A model generated the notes under the pieces. It saw nothing but the letters and a program-made list of their open reading frames with translations, was not told the DNA's origin and ran no database searches. Positions 27,203-37,800 of a stretch of DNA of 40,576 nt are shown piece by piece. Every line of letters starts with the position of its first letter. Position 1 is the first letter of the stretch. The position numbers and the translations under genes were made by a program. Source of the DNA: Proteobacteria bacterium UBA2770 (GTDB lineage: Bacteria; Pseudomonadota; Gammaproteobacteria; UBA2770); the NCBI GenBank assembly GCA_002352565.1, contig DEIQ01000004.1, forward strand, positions 1 through 40,576, written 5' to 3'.

Positions 27203-29479
27203 TTAGTCCATATTCTTTAATGTATCCCGACACGCAGTTTCCATAAGCTGTCCAATGCTCAAGCCCCCGTCATTGCAAGGCCAACTTTTTGCCAGCGCCA
27301 AAGGCAAACGGCAACTCTTCATCGGAGCTTTTAACAAATGCACCAGAAGCCGGTTCTGGAAAACGCCACCCGTTAAACCAACTGCCGTAAAATGATAGTT
27401 GCTTTTTAACGCAGACGCCATTTGAACGATGGTTTCAGCCATAGTCAAATGCCACATATATGCACGTTCGGATTTTACGCGGCGCTCATCCAGCATGCGC
27501 GGCAGCCATGGAGCCCAGTCCGCTTCAAGCAGACCGTTTGTGATCCGCAGCGACACCGGCCACGGGTTCATCGACCCCTTCCATTGCCGGGCCAGTGTTT
27601 CCAGGCGCATGGGCGCTTCGCCTTCATAGGTTGCTTGATGCATATTCATAATCAAATGAGCTGCGGCATCGAACAGGCGGCCGGCAGCAGAGGTCAGGGG
27701 TGCATTGATATCCTTTTGCCATGCTTTGTGTGCAAGCGGACCATGAACTATAGACGGCTGCCAGTCAATTCCGGCTTCCCAGCATAAACCTGCCGCACTG
27801 CGCCAGATCTCACGGGTGGCGAGATCACCGCCCGGCAGACGAAAAGGACGCATCCTCCCCACACGAATCCAGCGTCCCGGGGCGCCGGCAAGTACTTCAC
27901 CTCCCCATATACTCCGATCACAACCATAACCGGCGCCATCGAAGGTGAACATCAGCCATTGTTCTATTCGCGGATACTCAAGCGCAAGCGCTGAGGCATG
28001 CGCAAAATGGTGGGCCACGGGAATTACCAGCTTTCCCTGGCTTCGAGCCCAGTGTGATGTGGCATAATCGGGGTGCATATCAACCACAAAACGCGCGGGA
28101 TTGATTCGATACAACCGACTGAAATCGAGCGCGATATTTTGAAAGATTTCGCGTCCGCGCGCAGATCCCATATCACCGATATGCGGCGAGAGTATCGCCC
28201 TGCGTCCATATCCAAGAGCAATGGTAACTTTCTGATGCCCGCCGACTGCCAGCGTCGGTTGAGCGAGCTCTTTTGGAAGGGTGGTTTCCAGCGGCGCATA
28301 ACCCCGACCCGTGCGAATCACCGAGGGAATGCCTTTAGATGCATAACAGAAAACCGCATCATCCGCAGGCCGTTCAATCGGCCTGTTATGAGTAATCCAG
28401 CCATCGGCGATGCCATTGAGTTGCAAACGCGCCCGATCGTCTTCGTACAATACCGGCTCACCGCTGATATTGGCGGATGTTGCTACAACCGGTTGGCCTA
28501 GCTTTTCGAGCAGGAGAACATGCAAAGGGCTATAAGGAAAAAAAACGCCGATAGTGTCGAGTCCGGGGGCAATATTGTGCGCTAGTGTTGCGCTTGCCGC
28601 GCGCTGACACAGCACGATCGGTCGGCGCGAACCAAGCAGAAATTTCAGGACATAAGGTTTCATTTGCACTTCAAGCGCGATCCGTTTCTGACCTTGACCC
28701 GTTAGTGGAAACATAACGGCGAAAGGTTTCGCCGGTCGATGCTTGCGCATCCGCAAACGCTCTACGGGGCCCGATTCTGCCAGACACAGCAGATGATAGC
28801 CTCCAACCCCCTTGACTGCCACAATGCCACCAGCTTGTAACAGAGCGCAGGCATCCTCGATGGCTTTCGGATCACCCACGCTGTTACCCTTGCCGGTCTG
28901 AAATACAATATGCGGCCCGCATGCCGGGCACGCTAATGCCTGGGCATGAAACCGGCGATCCAACGGATCATTGAATTCGCGTTCGCACTGAAAGCAAAGC
29001 GCGAAACCCGCCATTGTTGTGCGCGCGCGATCATAAGGAAGTTCACGGATAATGCTATAACGTGGGCCGCATTGGGTGCAATTGGTGAAAGAGTAACCTC
29101 GGCGCCGAGCGACAGGATCATGTATTTCAGCCATACAGTCGTCGCATAAAGCCAGATCAAACGGCAGCAAGGGTGCCGATTCGCTGTTTTCATGACTGGG
29201 CAGAATGCGGAAATTCCGACCGCTCTTCAAACACTCTGAAGCAGGCACAACCGTTTTACGCACAAGCTTCGGTAATGCCACAGCGGGAGGCTGATGAAGA
29301 ATCGTTTGATAGAAACGATCCAATCCTTCTTCCTCACCACAAACCAGAATCTCCACCTGCCCGGCTGCATTGCGCACCCAACCCGTCAAACCTAGTGCAA
29401 CGGCACTCCGATAAATGAAAGGGCGGTACCCGACACCCTGGATGCGTCCTCCGATATGTAAAAGCCAGCATAGCTGCAT
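27203..29479 (-). CDS. hypF: [NiFe]-hydrogenase maturation carbamoyltransferase HypF
   Basis: The acylphosphatase domain is recognised by GRIQGVGYRPFIY. Two zinc-finger pairs are present (CDDCMAEIHDP..RRGYSFTNCTQCGPRYS and CFQCEREFNDPLDRRFHAQALACPACGP). A YrdC-like domain and a Kae1-like C-terminal domain follow. Confidence 0.93.
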   Translation of the reverse strand: MQLCWLLHIGGRIQGVGYRPFIYRSAVALGLTGWVRNAAGQVEILVCGEEEGLDRFYQTILHQPPAVALPKLVRKTVVPASECLKSGRNFRILPSHENSESAPLLPFDLALCDDCMAEIHDPVARRRGYSFTNCTQCGPRYSIIRELPYDRARTTMAGFALCFQCEREFNDPLDRRFHAQALACPACGPHIVFQTGKGNSVGDPKAIEDACALLQAGGIVAVKGVGGYHLLCLAESGPVERLRMRKHRPAKPFAVMFPLTGQGQKRIALEVQMKPYVLKFLLGSRRPIVLCQRAASATLAHNIAPGLDTIGVFFPYSPLHVLLLEKLGQPVVATSANISGEPVLYEDDRARLQLNGIADGWITHNRPIERPADDAVFCYASKGIPSVIRTGRGYAPLETTLPKELAQPTLAVGGHQKVTIALGYGRRAILSPHIGDMGSARGREIFQNIALDFSRLYRINPARFVVDMHPDYATSHWARSQGKLVIPVAHHFAHASALALEYPRIEQWLMFTFDGAGYGCDRSIWGGEVLAGAPGRWIRVGRMRPFRLPGGDLATREIWRSAAGLCWEAGIDWQPSIVHGPLAHKAWQKDINAPLTSAAGRLFDAAAHLIMNMHQATYEGEAPMRLETLARQWKGSMNPWPVSLRITNGLLEADWAPWLPRMLDERRVKSERAYMWHLTMAETIVQMASALKSNYHFTAVGLTGGVFQNRLLVHLLKAPMKSCRLPLALAKSWPCNDGGLSIGQLMETACRDTLKNMD

Positions 29480-29716
29480 CTGAAACTGAAGAGTTCAGGA
29501 CTGAGCTGAATCCCGATGGATTCCATAAAGTTGATGCATGGATGCGTCTCCGATCAAGCGCCGTACACAAGCTGGTTCTGTATCGGGTGGTATCGTTCTC
29601 TACCCCCCCGACTCAAATGACTTCTCAAGCTGATACCCAATGATTATAGATAATATGTTGATTATAAGTTATATTTGAACCATTACAGTCGATTGCAAAT
29701 ACAAGGTGCTCTCTTG

Positions 29717-31486
29717 ATGGTGGATATTGTGGACTCCATGCCTTCAGAAAGAATTCATGGTGCATTCGATGACACAGATACAATAACCCAAACGCGAAAC
29801 CTGACGGCCGGATCCTTGCTTGCAGCGATGCATGCCGCCCAGGACAAGCTGGGCTGGCTCCCGGTCGACTCGCTAAAGGAACTGGCCGAGCATCTGCAGC
29901 TTCCATTTTCCCAGCTGCTGGCAGCGGCGGAATTTTATTCCTTTTTTCATACCCACCCCGTCGGTCGGTGGCATATTTTTTTCAGTGATAATATCACCGA
30001 TCGCATGGCGGGTTCCGAGGCTCTCATGCAGCACATGTGTCAGCGCCTTGGTGTTGCTCCCGATGAATTGCGTGAGGATGGTGCGGTCAGCATTAGCCGC
30101 GCATCATGCATCGGAATGGCCGACCAGGGACCTGCCGTTCTGATAGGCAAACATATTTTCCCCGGAGTGACCATAGCGCGCATCGATGAAATGGCTGCGC
30201 TGATCAAACAAAGGGTTCCTGTTGACAACTGGCCCTTGTCATGGCAAAGCGTACAATCCAATCTGCGTATTCCCGGGGCTTTATTCGAGCGTCCGATCGC
30301 TCCTGGCATGGCGATTGAACGTTTGCTCGCACATGGCGCGGATAACATTCTGCGTATGATCGAGAATAGCGGTTTGCGCGGCATGGGTGGCGCCGGTTTT
30401 CCCACGGCTAACAAATGGGCCATGTGCCGCACCACGGATGCTTCCGCTCATTATGTGATCTGTAATGCCGATGAAGGAGAACCCGGAACCTTCAAAGACC
30501 GGGTTTTGCTGACCCTTCGACCCGGGATGATTTTTGAAGGGATGACAGCCTGCGCTTATATCGTTGGCGCCAAGCGAGGTTATCTCTATCTTCGCGGCGA
30601 ATACGCCTATATGATACCTGAGCTGGAGCGGTGCCTGCGTAACCGGCGTCAAGCAGGAATGCTGGGCGAATCCATCGCCGGACTCCGGGGTTTTGACTTC
30701 GATATCGAAATCGTTCTCGGAGCCGGCGCGTATATTTGTGGTGAAGAATCCGCCCTGATCGAATCGATAGAAAATAAACGCGGCATTCCACGCATTCGCC
30801 CCCCTTACCCCCCAGTCAGCGGTTTATGGGGGATGCCGACTGTCGTCAATAATGTCGAGACCTTTGCTAATTGTACGCGCATCATCATCGATGGTCCCGA
30901 AGAATTCGCTTCCCAAGGCACGCAGGGATCGAAGGGCAGCAAATTGTTCAGCATCAGTGGTGATTGCGCCCGGCCAGGCATTTACGCCATGCCTTATGGC
31001 ACTACGGTTACCGAGGCGCTTGTTGCCTGTGGTGGTTCCGATGCCTGCGCTGTCCAGTTGTCCGGCGCCGCCGGCGCTTTAGTGTCGAGAATTAATTTTG
31101 ACCAGCCCATGGCTTTTGAATCATTGCCCGCCGGAGGTTCATTTATGGTGTTTGGACCCCAACGCAACATTCTTGAAGTGATTGCCAGCTTTATGCAGTT
31201 CTTTGCCCATGAAAGCTGTGGCTTCTGTACACCCTGCCGGGTTGGCACGGAAATGAGCCGTCAGATCATGGAACGTCTGATAGCAAAGAAAAGCTCGCGG
31301 GCGGATCTTGAACTGTTGACGCAATTGGCTGATTTAATGAAGGTAGCCAGTCATTGCGGACTCGGTCAGTCTGCCGGAAACCCCATTTTGCATGGATTAA
31401 GCAGCTTCAAGGACTGGTTTGATCCCGACATCAAGGAAGACTTTGCTCCAATGGCGAATATTCATTCGGTCAAGGTTCCGCTATGA
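29717..31486 (+). CDS. hoxF: NAD-reducing hydrogenase diaphorase large subunit HoxF (NuoE-like plus NuoF-like)
   Basis: The FMN/NADH motifs are GLRGMGGAGFPT and ICNADEGEPGTFKDR. The 4Fe-4S motif is ESCGFCTPCRVG...CGLG. The N-terminal NuoE-like module keeps only one Cys of the usual four (HIFFSDNITDRMAG; SCIGMADQGPA), as I recall for soluble-hydrogenase HoxF. The start is either ATG at 29717 or TTG at 29675. Confidence 0.9.
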   Translation: MVDIVDSMPSERIHGAFDDTDTITQTRNLTAGSLLAAMHAAQDKLGWLPVDSLKELAEHLQLPFSQLLAAAEFYSFFHTHPVGRWHIFFSDNITDRMAGSEALMQHMCQRLGVAPDELREDGAVSISRASCIGMADQGPAVLIGKHIFPGVTIARIDEMAALIKQRVPVDNWPLSWQSVQSNLRIPGALFERPIAPGMAIERLLAHGADNILRMIENSGLRGMGGAGFPTANKWAMCRTTDASAHYVICNADEGEPGTFKDRVLLTLRPGMIFEGMTACAYIVGAKRGYLYLRGEYAYMIPELERCLRNRRQAGMLGESIAGLRGFDFDIEIVLGAGAYICGEESALIESIENKRGIPRIRPPYPPVSGLWGMPTVVNNVETFANCTRIIIDGPEEFASQGTQGSKGSKLFSISGDCARPGIYAMPYGTTVTEALVACGGSDACAVQLSGAAGALVSRINFDQPMAFESLPAGGSFMVFGPQRNILEVIASFMQFFAHESCGFCTPCRVGTEMSRQIMERLIAKKSSRADLELLTQLADLMKVASHCGLGQSAGNPILHGLSSFKDWFDPDIKEDFAPMANIHSVKVPL

Positions 31487-31546
31487 ACATCCTCTGCATC
31501 AAAATCAACCACAATAGTCTTTAACTCTAATTAAGTGAGCCTGTCC

Positions 31547-32287
31547 ATGGTCACGGAAGAACAGATCAGCATTGACAGCGTGGAGATTCCTTTCCATGCC
31601 GGAGAAACCATTATGCAGGCAGCATATAATGCCGGCATCTATATCCCGCATCTGTGTTACCGACCCGGATTGTCGGTTCATGGCAGTTGCCGGATGTGTC
31701 TGGTGCACGTCAACGGGCATGAAAAGGCTGCATGCACCACGCCCGCCGCCACCGGGCAACAGATCGGCAACTGTTCCGAAGCTTTACGTCAGCAGCGATT
31801 GCTGCTGATCAAGATGCTGTTTGTCGAGGGCAATCATATCTGTCCGGCATGTGAGCAAAGTGGGCGCTGTGAATTGCAGGCGCTGGCATATGATCTGGGA
31901 ATGACTGCTCCTGATTTGCCCCATTTTCAGCCCAAACGCACGGTCGATGCTTCGCATCAGGAGGTCAATATCGATCACAATCGCTGTATCGCCTGCGCGC
32001 AATGCGTGCGCGCAGGCGATGAAATCGATGGCAGCCATGCCTTTGCCTTAAGCGGGCGCGGTATACAGACACGCCTGATCCCGAACGCCCCGTCGGGCCG
32101 CTTTGCCGATACCGCCATCCATGCTTCCGATGCGGCGGTGGCAGCCTGTCCCGTGGGAACGCTGCTGCCCAAGCATCGGGGCTTCAATATACCCATCGGC
32201 CAACGAATTTATGATCGCAAACCGATCCATAAGCTTGCAATGGAAAAAGGCTATATCCATCATGACGACACCGCCGGAAAAAGCTAA
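31547..32287 (+). CDS. hoxU: NAD-reducing hydrogenase diaphorase small subunit HoxU (NuoG N-terminal-like Fe-S protein)
   Basis: The 2Fe-2S motif is CYRPGLSVHGSCRMCLV. Further clusters are indicated by HICPACEQSGRCELQ and CIACAQCVRA. The start is either ATG at 31547 or GTG at 31535. Confidence 0.9.
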   Translation: MVTEEQISIDSVEIPFHAGETIMQAAYNAGIYIPHLCYRPGLSVHGSCRMCLVHVNGHEKAACTTPAATGQQIGNCSEALRQQRLLLIKMLFVEGNHICPACEQSGRCELQALAYDLGMTAPDLPHFQPKRTVDASHQEVNIDHNRCIACAQCVRAGDEIDGSHAFALSGRGIQTRLIPNAPSGRFADTAIHASDAAVAACPVGTLLPKHRGFNIPIGQRIYDRKPIHKLAMEKGYIHHDDTAGKS

Positions 32288-32816
32288 ACCCAGAATTGCC
32301 ACGGTATCCCTGGCCGGTTGCTTCGGTTGCCATATGTCATTGCTCGATATGGACGAACGCCTGTTTGATCTGGTGGCGCAAGTACAGTTTGATCGTTCGC
32401 CGCTGACCGATATCAAAACCATCGGCGCATGTGATGTCGGGCTGATCGAAGGCGGCATAGCCAACGAAGAAAATCTTCATGTCTTGCGGAATTTCCGGGA
32501 ACAATGCCACATTCTGGTGGCAGTAGGCGCCTGCGCCATCAATGGCGGCGTGCCGGCCATGCGCAACAGCTACACCGCGCTGGAATGTCTCGAGGAGAGC
32601 TATCTTGACGGCATCGGCTTGATGGATGCGCAAATCCCAAACGACGCTGAAATTCCTCCTCTGCTCGATAAGGTTTACCCCTTGCATGAGATAGTCAAAA
32701 TCGATGCATTTTTGCCAGGTTGCCCACCCAGCGCCGATGCCATCTGGGCTTGTATCGAGGAACTGCTACAGAAAACACCGGTACATTTATCCAGGATTAT
32801 GATTCATTATGATTGA
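32262..32816 (+). CDS. hoxY: NAD-reducing [NiFe] hydrogenase small subunit HoxY
   Basis: The motifs are KPRIATVSLAGCFGCHMSLLDMDERL, GACAINGGVPAMRN and LPGCPPS. The ATG at 32262 overlaps the hoxU end by 26 nt. The longer track ORF from 32103 lies inside hoxU. Confidence 0.88.
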   Translation: MTTPPEKAKPRIATVSLAGCFGCHMSLLDMDERLFDLVAQVQFDRSPLTDIKTIGACDVGLIEGGIANEENLHVLRNFREQCHILVAVGACAINGGVPAMRNSYTALECLEESYLDGIGLMDAQIPNDAEIPPLLDKVYPLHEIVKIDAFLPGCPPSADAIWACIEELLQKTPVHLSRIMIHYD

Positions 32817-32828
32817 TCAGGTTTATTT

Positions 32829-34316
32829 ATGACGATGACAACGAACGGAGAAGAAAACAAGGGATTGCAGCGCGTAGCGATTGATCCGGTCACCCGTGTA
32901 GAGGGACACGGCAAGGTAACGCTGTGGCTCGATGAAGCCGGCTTCGTGCAGGAAGCCCGATTGCATATCGTTGAATTCCGCGGTTTCGAAAAATTTATTC
33001 AGGGGCGCCCTTATGAAGAGGTGCCGATTTTGGTCCAACGCTTATGCGGTATATGCCCGGTCAGCCATCATCTCGCCGGAGCCAAAGCGATTGACAGGAT
33101 TGCAGGAATCCAACAGATCCCGCCGACCGCGGAGAAAATTCGCAAACTGCTGCATTTTGCCCAGGTGCTGCAATCGCATGCCACCCACTTTTTTCATCTC
33201 GCCAGCCCCGATCTGCTGTTTGGCGCTGATGATGATCCCCTGCATCGCAATATCGTCGGTCTGGCTGTTGATCAACCGGCGGTTTTGCGCGACGGTGTCT
33301 TGGTACGCCGCTATGGGCAAAGCATCATCGAGACTTTGAGCGGCAAGCGTATTCACGGAACCTTGTGCGTGCCCGGCGGCGTCAATAAAACCCTGGCGGC
33401 GGTGGATCGTGGCGACTTGAAAAATGAGATAGTCGAGGTGATCGCAGCCGTACAACGATCGCTGCAACTCGCGGAAACGCTTTACTACCAAAAACTTGAA
33501 GAAAACCAGCGTTTCGGCTGGATTCAATCACCCATGCTGAGCCTGACCGGCCCACAAGGACAGCTTGAGCTTTACGATGGCGGCTTGTGCATGCGCGCCA
33601 TCGACGGAAGCATGATTCTTAACCACGTAGAAGACACGCGCTACAGTGAATTACTCCGCGAGCAGGTCCGGCCATGGAGCTACATGAAGTTTCCATTTCT
33701 GGAACAACTCGGTCCCGATGCAGGCTGGTATCGGGTTGGACCTCTGCCACGCGTCAATAACTGTTCGTTCATCGATACCGATCTGGCAGAAGCCAGCCGT
33801 AAGCGTTTCATGGACAGTGCCGCAGATCCGATGATCCAATCGCCCATGGCATACCATTGGGCGCGCATGATCGAATCGCTGCATTGTGTCGAAGCCATAG
33901 ATCGTTTGCTTGATGATCCCGAAGTGCTTGCGGGAGACAGAGTGGCAAGCGGGCAGCCTTGCTTTGAAGGCGTCGGTGTGATCGAAGCGCCGCGAGGCAC
34001 GTTGATTCATCATTATCAGATCGATGATGACGGTTTGATCAAAAAAGCCAATTTAATTGTATCAACCACGCACAACAATCAGGCTATGAACGAGACCATT
34101 CGCACGGTATCGCGTCAGTATATCGATGGACATGAGTTGACCGAGAGGCTGCTCAACCGGGTCGAAATAGCGATTCGCGCCTATGATCCATGCCTTTCCT
34201 GCGCCACTCACGCTCTCGGACAGATGCCGCTTGAATTGGAGTTGCGCGATGGCGGTGATCGGATACTGCATGGAATCAGACGTCGCGATGACGGTACCAT
34301 TGAAAAACGGGAGTGA
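32829..34316 (+). CDS. hoxH: NAD-reducing [NiFe] hydrogenase large subunit HoxH (group 3d)
   Basis: The motifs are RVEGHG, RLCGICPVSHH (N-terminal NiFe ligands) and DPCLSCATH (C-terminal ligands). A 34-aa tail follows, of the kind removed by the maturation protease. Confidence 0.93.
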   Translation: MTMTTNGEENKGLQRVAIDPVTRVEGHGKVTLWLDEAGFVQEARLHIVEFRGFEKFIQGRPYEEVPILVQRLCGICPVSHHLAGAKAIDRIAGIQQIPPTAEKIRKLLHFAQVLQSHATHFFHLASPDLLFGADDDPLHRNIVGLAVDQPAVLRDGVLVRRYGQSIIETLSGKRIHGTLCVPGGVNKTLAAVDRGDLKNEIVEVIAAVQRSLQLAETLYYQKLEENQRFGWIQSPMLSLTGPQGQLELYDGGLCMRAIDGSMILNHVEDTRYSELLREQVRPWSYMKFPFLEQLGPDAGWYRVGPLPRVNNCSFIDTDLAEASRKRFMDSAADPMIQSPMAYHWARMIESLHCVEAIDRLLDDPEVLAGDRVASGQPCFEGVGVIEAPRGTLIHHYQIDDDGLIKKANLIVSTTHNNQAMNETIRTVSRQYIDGHELTERLLNRVEIAIRAYDPCLSCATHALGQMPLELELRDGGDRILHGIRRRDDGTIEKRE

Positions 34317-34830
34317 TCACGGAAAAAAGCGTCTGGAACCCGCTGAACTTTTAATCATCGGTTTTGGCAATCCCTGCCGGAGCGATGATCGCATGGGCTG
34401 GCTGACAGCCCGATGGCTGCAAAGGCGCTATGGTAATTTATTGTCCCGATCCGGCATCCGGATATTGGCTGAAGTACAACTGCTGCCCGAGCATGCCGCC
34501 GATGTGCTGCTGGCTCGGCAGGTGCTGTTCATCGATTGTGCCTTCCACATCGAGCCGCCGTTTCAGCTTCAATCAATTGAAGCTGCGAGCGCATCGCCTT
34601 GGACCCAGCATGGCTGGACACCCTCGCATATCATGACGCTGGCGGAAAATATGAGCGCATCAACCCCAGAACGGGCGCCGCAAGCTCATGGCTTGTGGAT
34701 CCGGGGTGAAACCATGACGATCACCAATTCGATGAGTGCATCGGCAAGATTCAATTTACATTGTGCATGGAAATGGCTTGAGCAATATCTGGCGGCGAAC
34801 TTTCATGGAAAAAGGATGACCCATGACTGA
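34270..34830 (+). CDS. hoxW: Hydrogenase maturation endopeptidase HoxW
   Basis: The sequence LLIIGFGNPCRSDDRMGWL is the GNxxxxDDGxG-type motif. The gene overlaps the hoxH 3' end. The start is uncertain: ATG at 34270, 34288 or 34249. Confidence 0.75.
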   Translation: MESDVAMTVPLKNGSDHGKKRLEPAELLIIGFGNPCRSDDRMGWLTARWLQRRYGNLLSRSGIRILAEVQLLPEHAADVLLARQVLFIDCAFHIEPPFQLQSIEAASASPWTQHGWTPSHIMTLAENMSASTPERAPQAHGLWIRGETMTITNSMSASARFNLHCAWKWLEQYLAANFHGKRMTHD

Positions 34831-37800
34831 GAAAACCAGCGCGGAAATCATTGATTCATTATGTTCATATATTGATGATCACACGCCCGCAGATTCAAGC
34901 GAAAAACTCGCCTCTCTCGCCCGTTTTTATTACAGCCATACTTCTATTGAGGATCTGTTAGCCTACTCACAGGATGCCCTGTATGCTTCTCTTTTAAGCC
35001 ATTGGCGTTTTGCAGAGCAGCGGCTGCCCGATGCGTTCAGAATCAGAGTCTACAATCCCGTGCTTGAGGAACATGGATGGGAAAGCCCTCATACCATAAT
35101 TGAAACCATCAACGCTGATATGCCTTTTTTGGTCGATTCCATACATCATGCGTTACGCCACTATCAACTGGGTATTTATCATACCATTCATCCCGTCATG
35201 TCGATTAAACGTGACACCAAAGGTTTCATCCGAAAAATCGAGCAGCGTACCAGAACCATGGTTGAGGATGAGCAAAAATCCGAATCGTGGATCCGTATCG
35301 CCGTGGAACGTAATACCGATGCACGGTTTCTTCGCAAGCTCGAACATCACCTGTATCAGGTATTCGCCGACGTACGCGTAGCTGTGCGTGACTGGCATGC
35401 CATCCTGGAGCAGTTGAAAACAACCAGGCAGCAGCTTGCCAACATCCGTCATATAGAGCCTGCCCTGCTGGAAGAAATTGACGCTTTCTGCGCCTGGCTG
35501 ATCACAGATCATTTTACCTTCACCGGTTATTGCTATCTGCGTTGTAATGATATTCACGGCCTGAGTGTAGAAAAAGGCAGTGGGCTCGGTATTCTCGCCG
35601 TGGATCGGCGGCCGTTTCAGGAATTTTCCGACATCACCCCCCTTGAGCCCGGAGAGATCGACCCCCAAAAACCACTGGTCATCAGCAAGGCCAATATGGT
35701 TTCTCTGGTGCACAGAAGCGCGCCCATAGATCAGATCGCTGTACGCGTCTATGACGAACAGGGCAGATGCTGTGGAGAACACCGGTTTTTTGGTCTGTTC
35801 ACCGCTACCGCGTACAATCGCAGCCCCAGAGATATCCCTATCCTCCGGCGCCGTATCCGGTCTGTCATTGACCGGGCAACTATGCCGGGAAGAGGGCACC
35901 GCGCCAAAACCCTTCTCAACATTCTGGACACCCTGCCGCGGGATGAGTTGTTTCATGCAGGAACCGATGAATTGTTTCGCATCGGAACCGGCATACTGCA
36001 AATGGAAAACCGTCAGCAGGTTCGTTCATTTGTGCGCCATGATCCTTACCGGCGTTTCACATCGGTGTTGATTTATCTACCTCTGGATCGCTATCGCCGG
36101 GAGGTCCATCAGGCTTTTGAACAGGTGTTGCTGCAGGAACTCGATGCAACGCAGGCCAGTTTGACCCCCGCCATAGGAGAAGACATTCTCGCCAGAGTTT
36201 ACGCCGTCGTATATCACAGGGAACCGGGACACCTGCCGGAATACGATCCTCAACATCTCGAGGAATTGTTGTCTGATGCGGCTCGAACCTGGCACGACCA
36301 TTTGCGCTCTTGCCTTCTGGAACGTTATGGTGAGGAAAAGGGGCTGTCTTTGTTCAGACACTACCAGCATGCCATTCCAGCGGCCTACAGCGACGATTTC
36401 AGTCCACTCATGGCAGCGGTCGATCTCGCTCATATCGCCCGGCTGCAGGAAGAAGGCGCCGTTCACCTGAGCCTGTACCACAAGCCCGAGCACCCTCCCT
36501 TCATTTTCCGGTTCAAGATGTTTCACTGCGGAGAACCCGTTCTTCTTTCCCATGCCATGCCCATGCTGGAAAACATGGGCATGCAGGTGCTTTCCGAAAG
36601 ACCCTATGAAATAAAAGATGGCACTATCGCGGGTCGCACGATATGGATTCATGATTTCGAACTCATGTCTGGTCGAAAAACCGAGGAAGATCTGCATCGT
36701 TTGCGCGATCCTTTCGAACATGCCTTCATGCGTATATGGCAGGGAAAGCTGGAGAATGACACCTTCAACCACCTGATCCTGAATGCCGGGCTCGAATGGC
36801 GGGAAGTCAGCCTGCTCAGGGCTTACGGGCTATATCTGCGCCAAGCCGGGCTTGGTTTCTCATTTGAATATATTGCCCGGACATTGAGTGCCAACGCTTC
36901 GGTCACCCGCCTGCTGATCCGATGGTTCGAAACACGCTTTGATCCAAAGCTTGAGGAAGGAAAACGCCAACAGGAGGAAGAATACCGAAGGCAGGAACTC
37001 GATACCGCCATGGCTCTGGTGCTCGGTATCGACGAGGATCGTATCCTGCAGGCATTCATCAGTGTGATCGGCGCCACATTACGCACCAATTATTACCACA
37101 GGGATGAATCCGATCAAGCGCCGGTTTGTTACGCTTTCAAGTTCAATTCCGATGCCATCGCCATTTTACCCCTTCCCAAACCGCGCTATGAAATTTTCAT
37201 GACTACGCCTGAAGTGGAAGGCATCCATCTTCGGGGCGGTAAAGTTGCACGTGGTGGAATCCGCTGGTCTGACCGGCGCGAAGATTACCGTACCGAAGTT
37301 TTGGGTTTGATGAAAGCGCAGATGGTCAAAAATAGTGTCATCATCCCAGTGGGCGCCAAAGGCGGTTTCGTGGTCAAGAATCTAACGCAGAATCTGACAA
37401 GGGAAGAAGTGTTTGAAAGGGTTCACGAAGCTTATAGAACTTTTATCGGAGCTTTGCTTTGCCTGACAGACAATTTCAACAATGAACGCGTGGAACATCC
37501 GCAACAGACCATATGTCATGATGGTGATGATCCTTATCTGGTGGTTGCGGCCGACAAGGGAACCGCGACATTCTCCGATACCGCCAACGATATTGCTATC
37601 AAGCGGGATTTCTGGCTCGGTGATTCTTTTGCCTCGGGGGGCAAAACCGGCTACGACCATAAAAAAATGGGCATTACCGCCAGAGGCGCCTGGGAATCGT
37701 TGAAAGCACACATGCACGATCTGGGCAAGAATCCTGAAAAAGATATCATCAGCGTGGTAGGTATCGGCGACATGTCGGGTGATGTCTTTGGCAATGGCAT

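Noticed and set aside
32103-32261. A 53-codon upstream extension of hoxY
   Set aside because: It lies within the hoxU coding sequence in another frame. The conserved HoxY N-terminus (KPRIATVSLAGCFGC) follows the ATG at 32262.
35153-36772. Two long minus-strand ORFs (282 aa and 231 aa), plus several shorter ones, inside the gdhB region
   Set aside because: They are antisense to the 1643-aa NAD-GDH ORF, whose catalytic motifs are unambiguous. The antisense translations are low-complexity and Arg/Gly/Ser-rich with no family resemblance.
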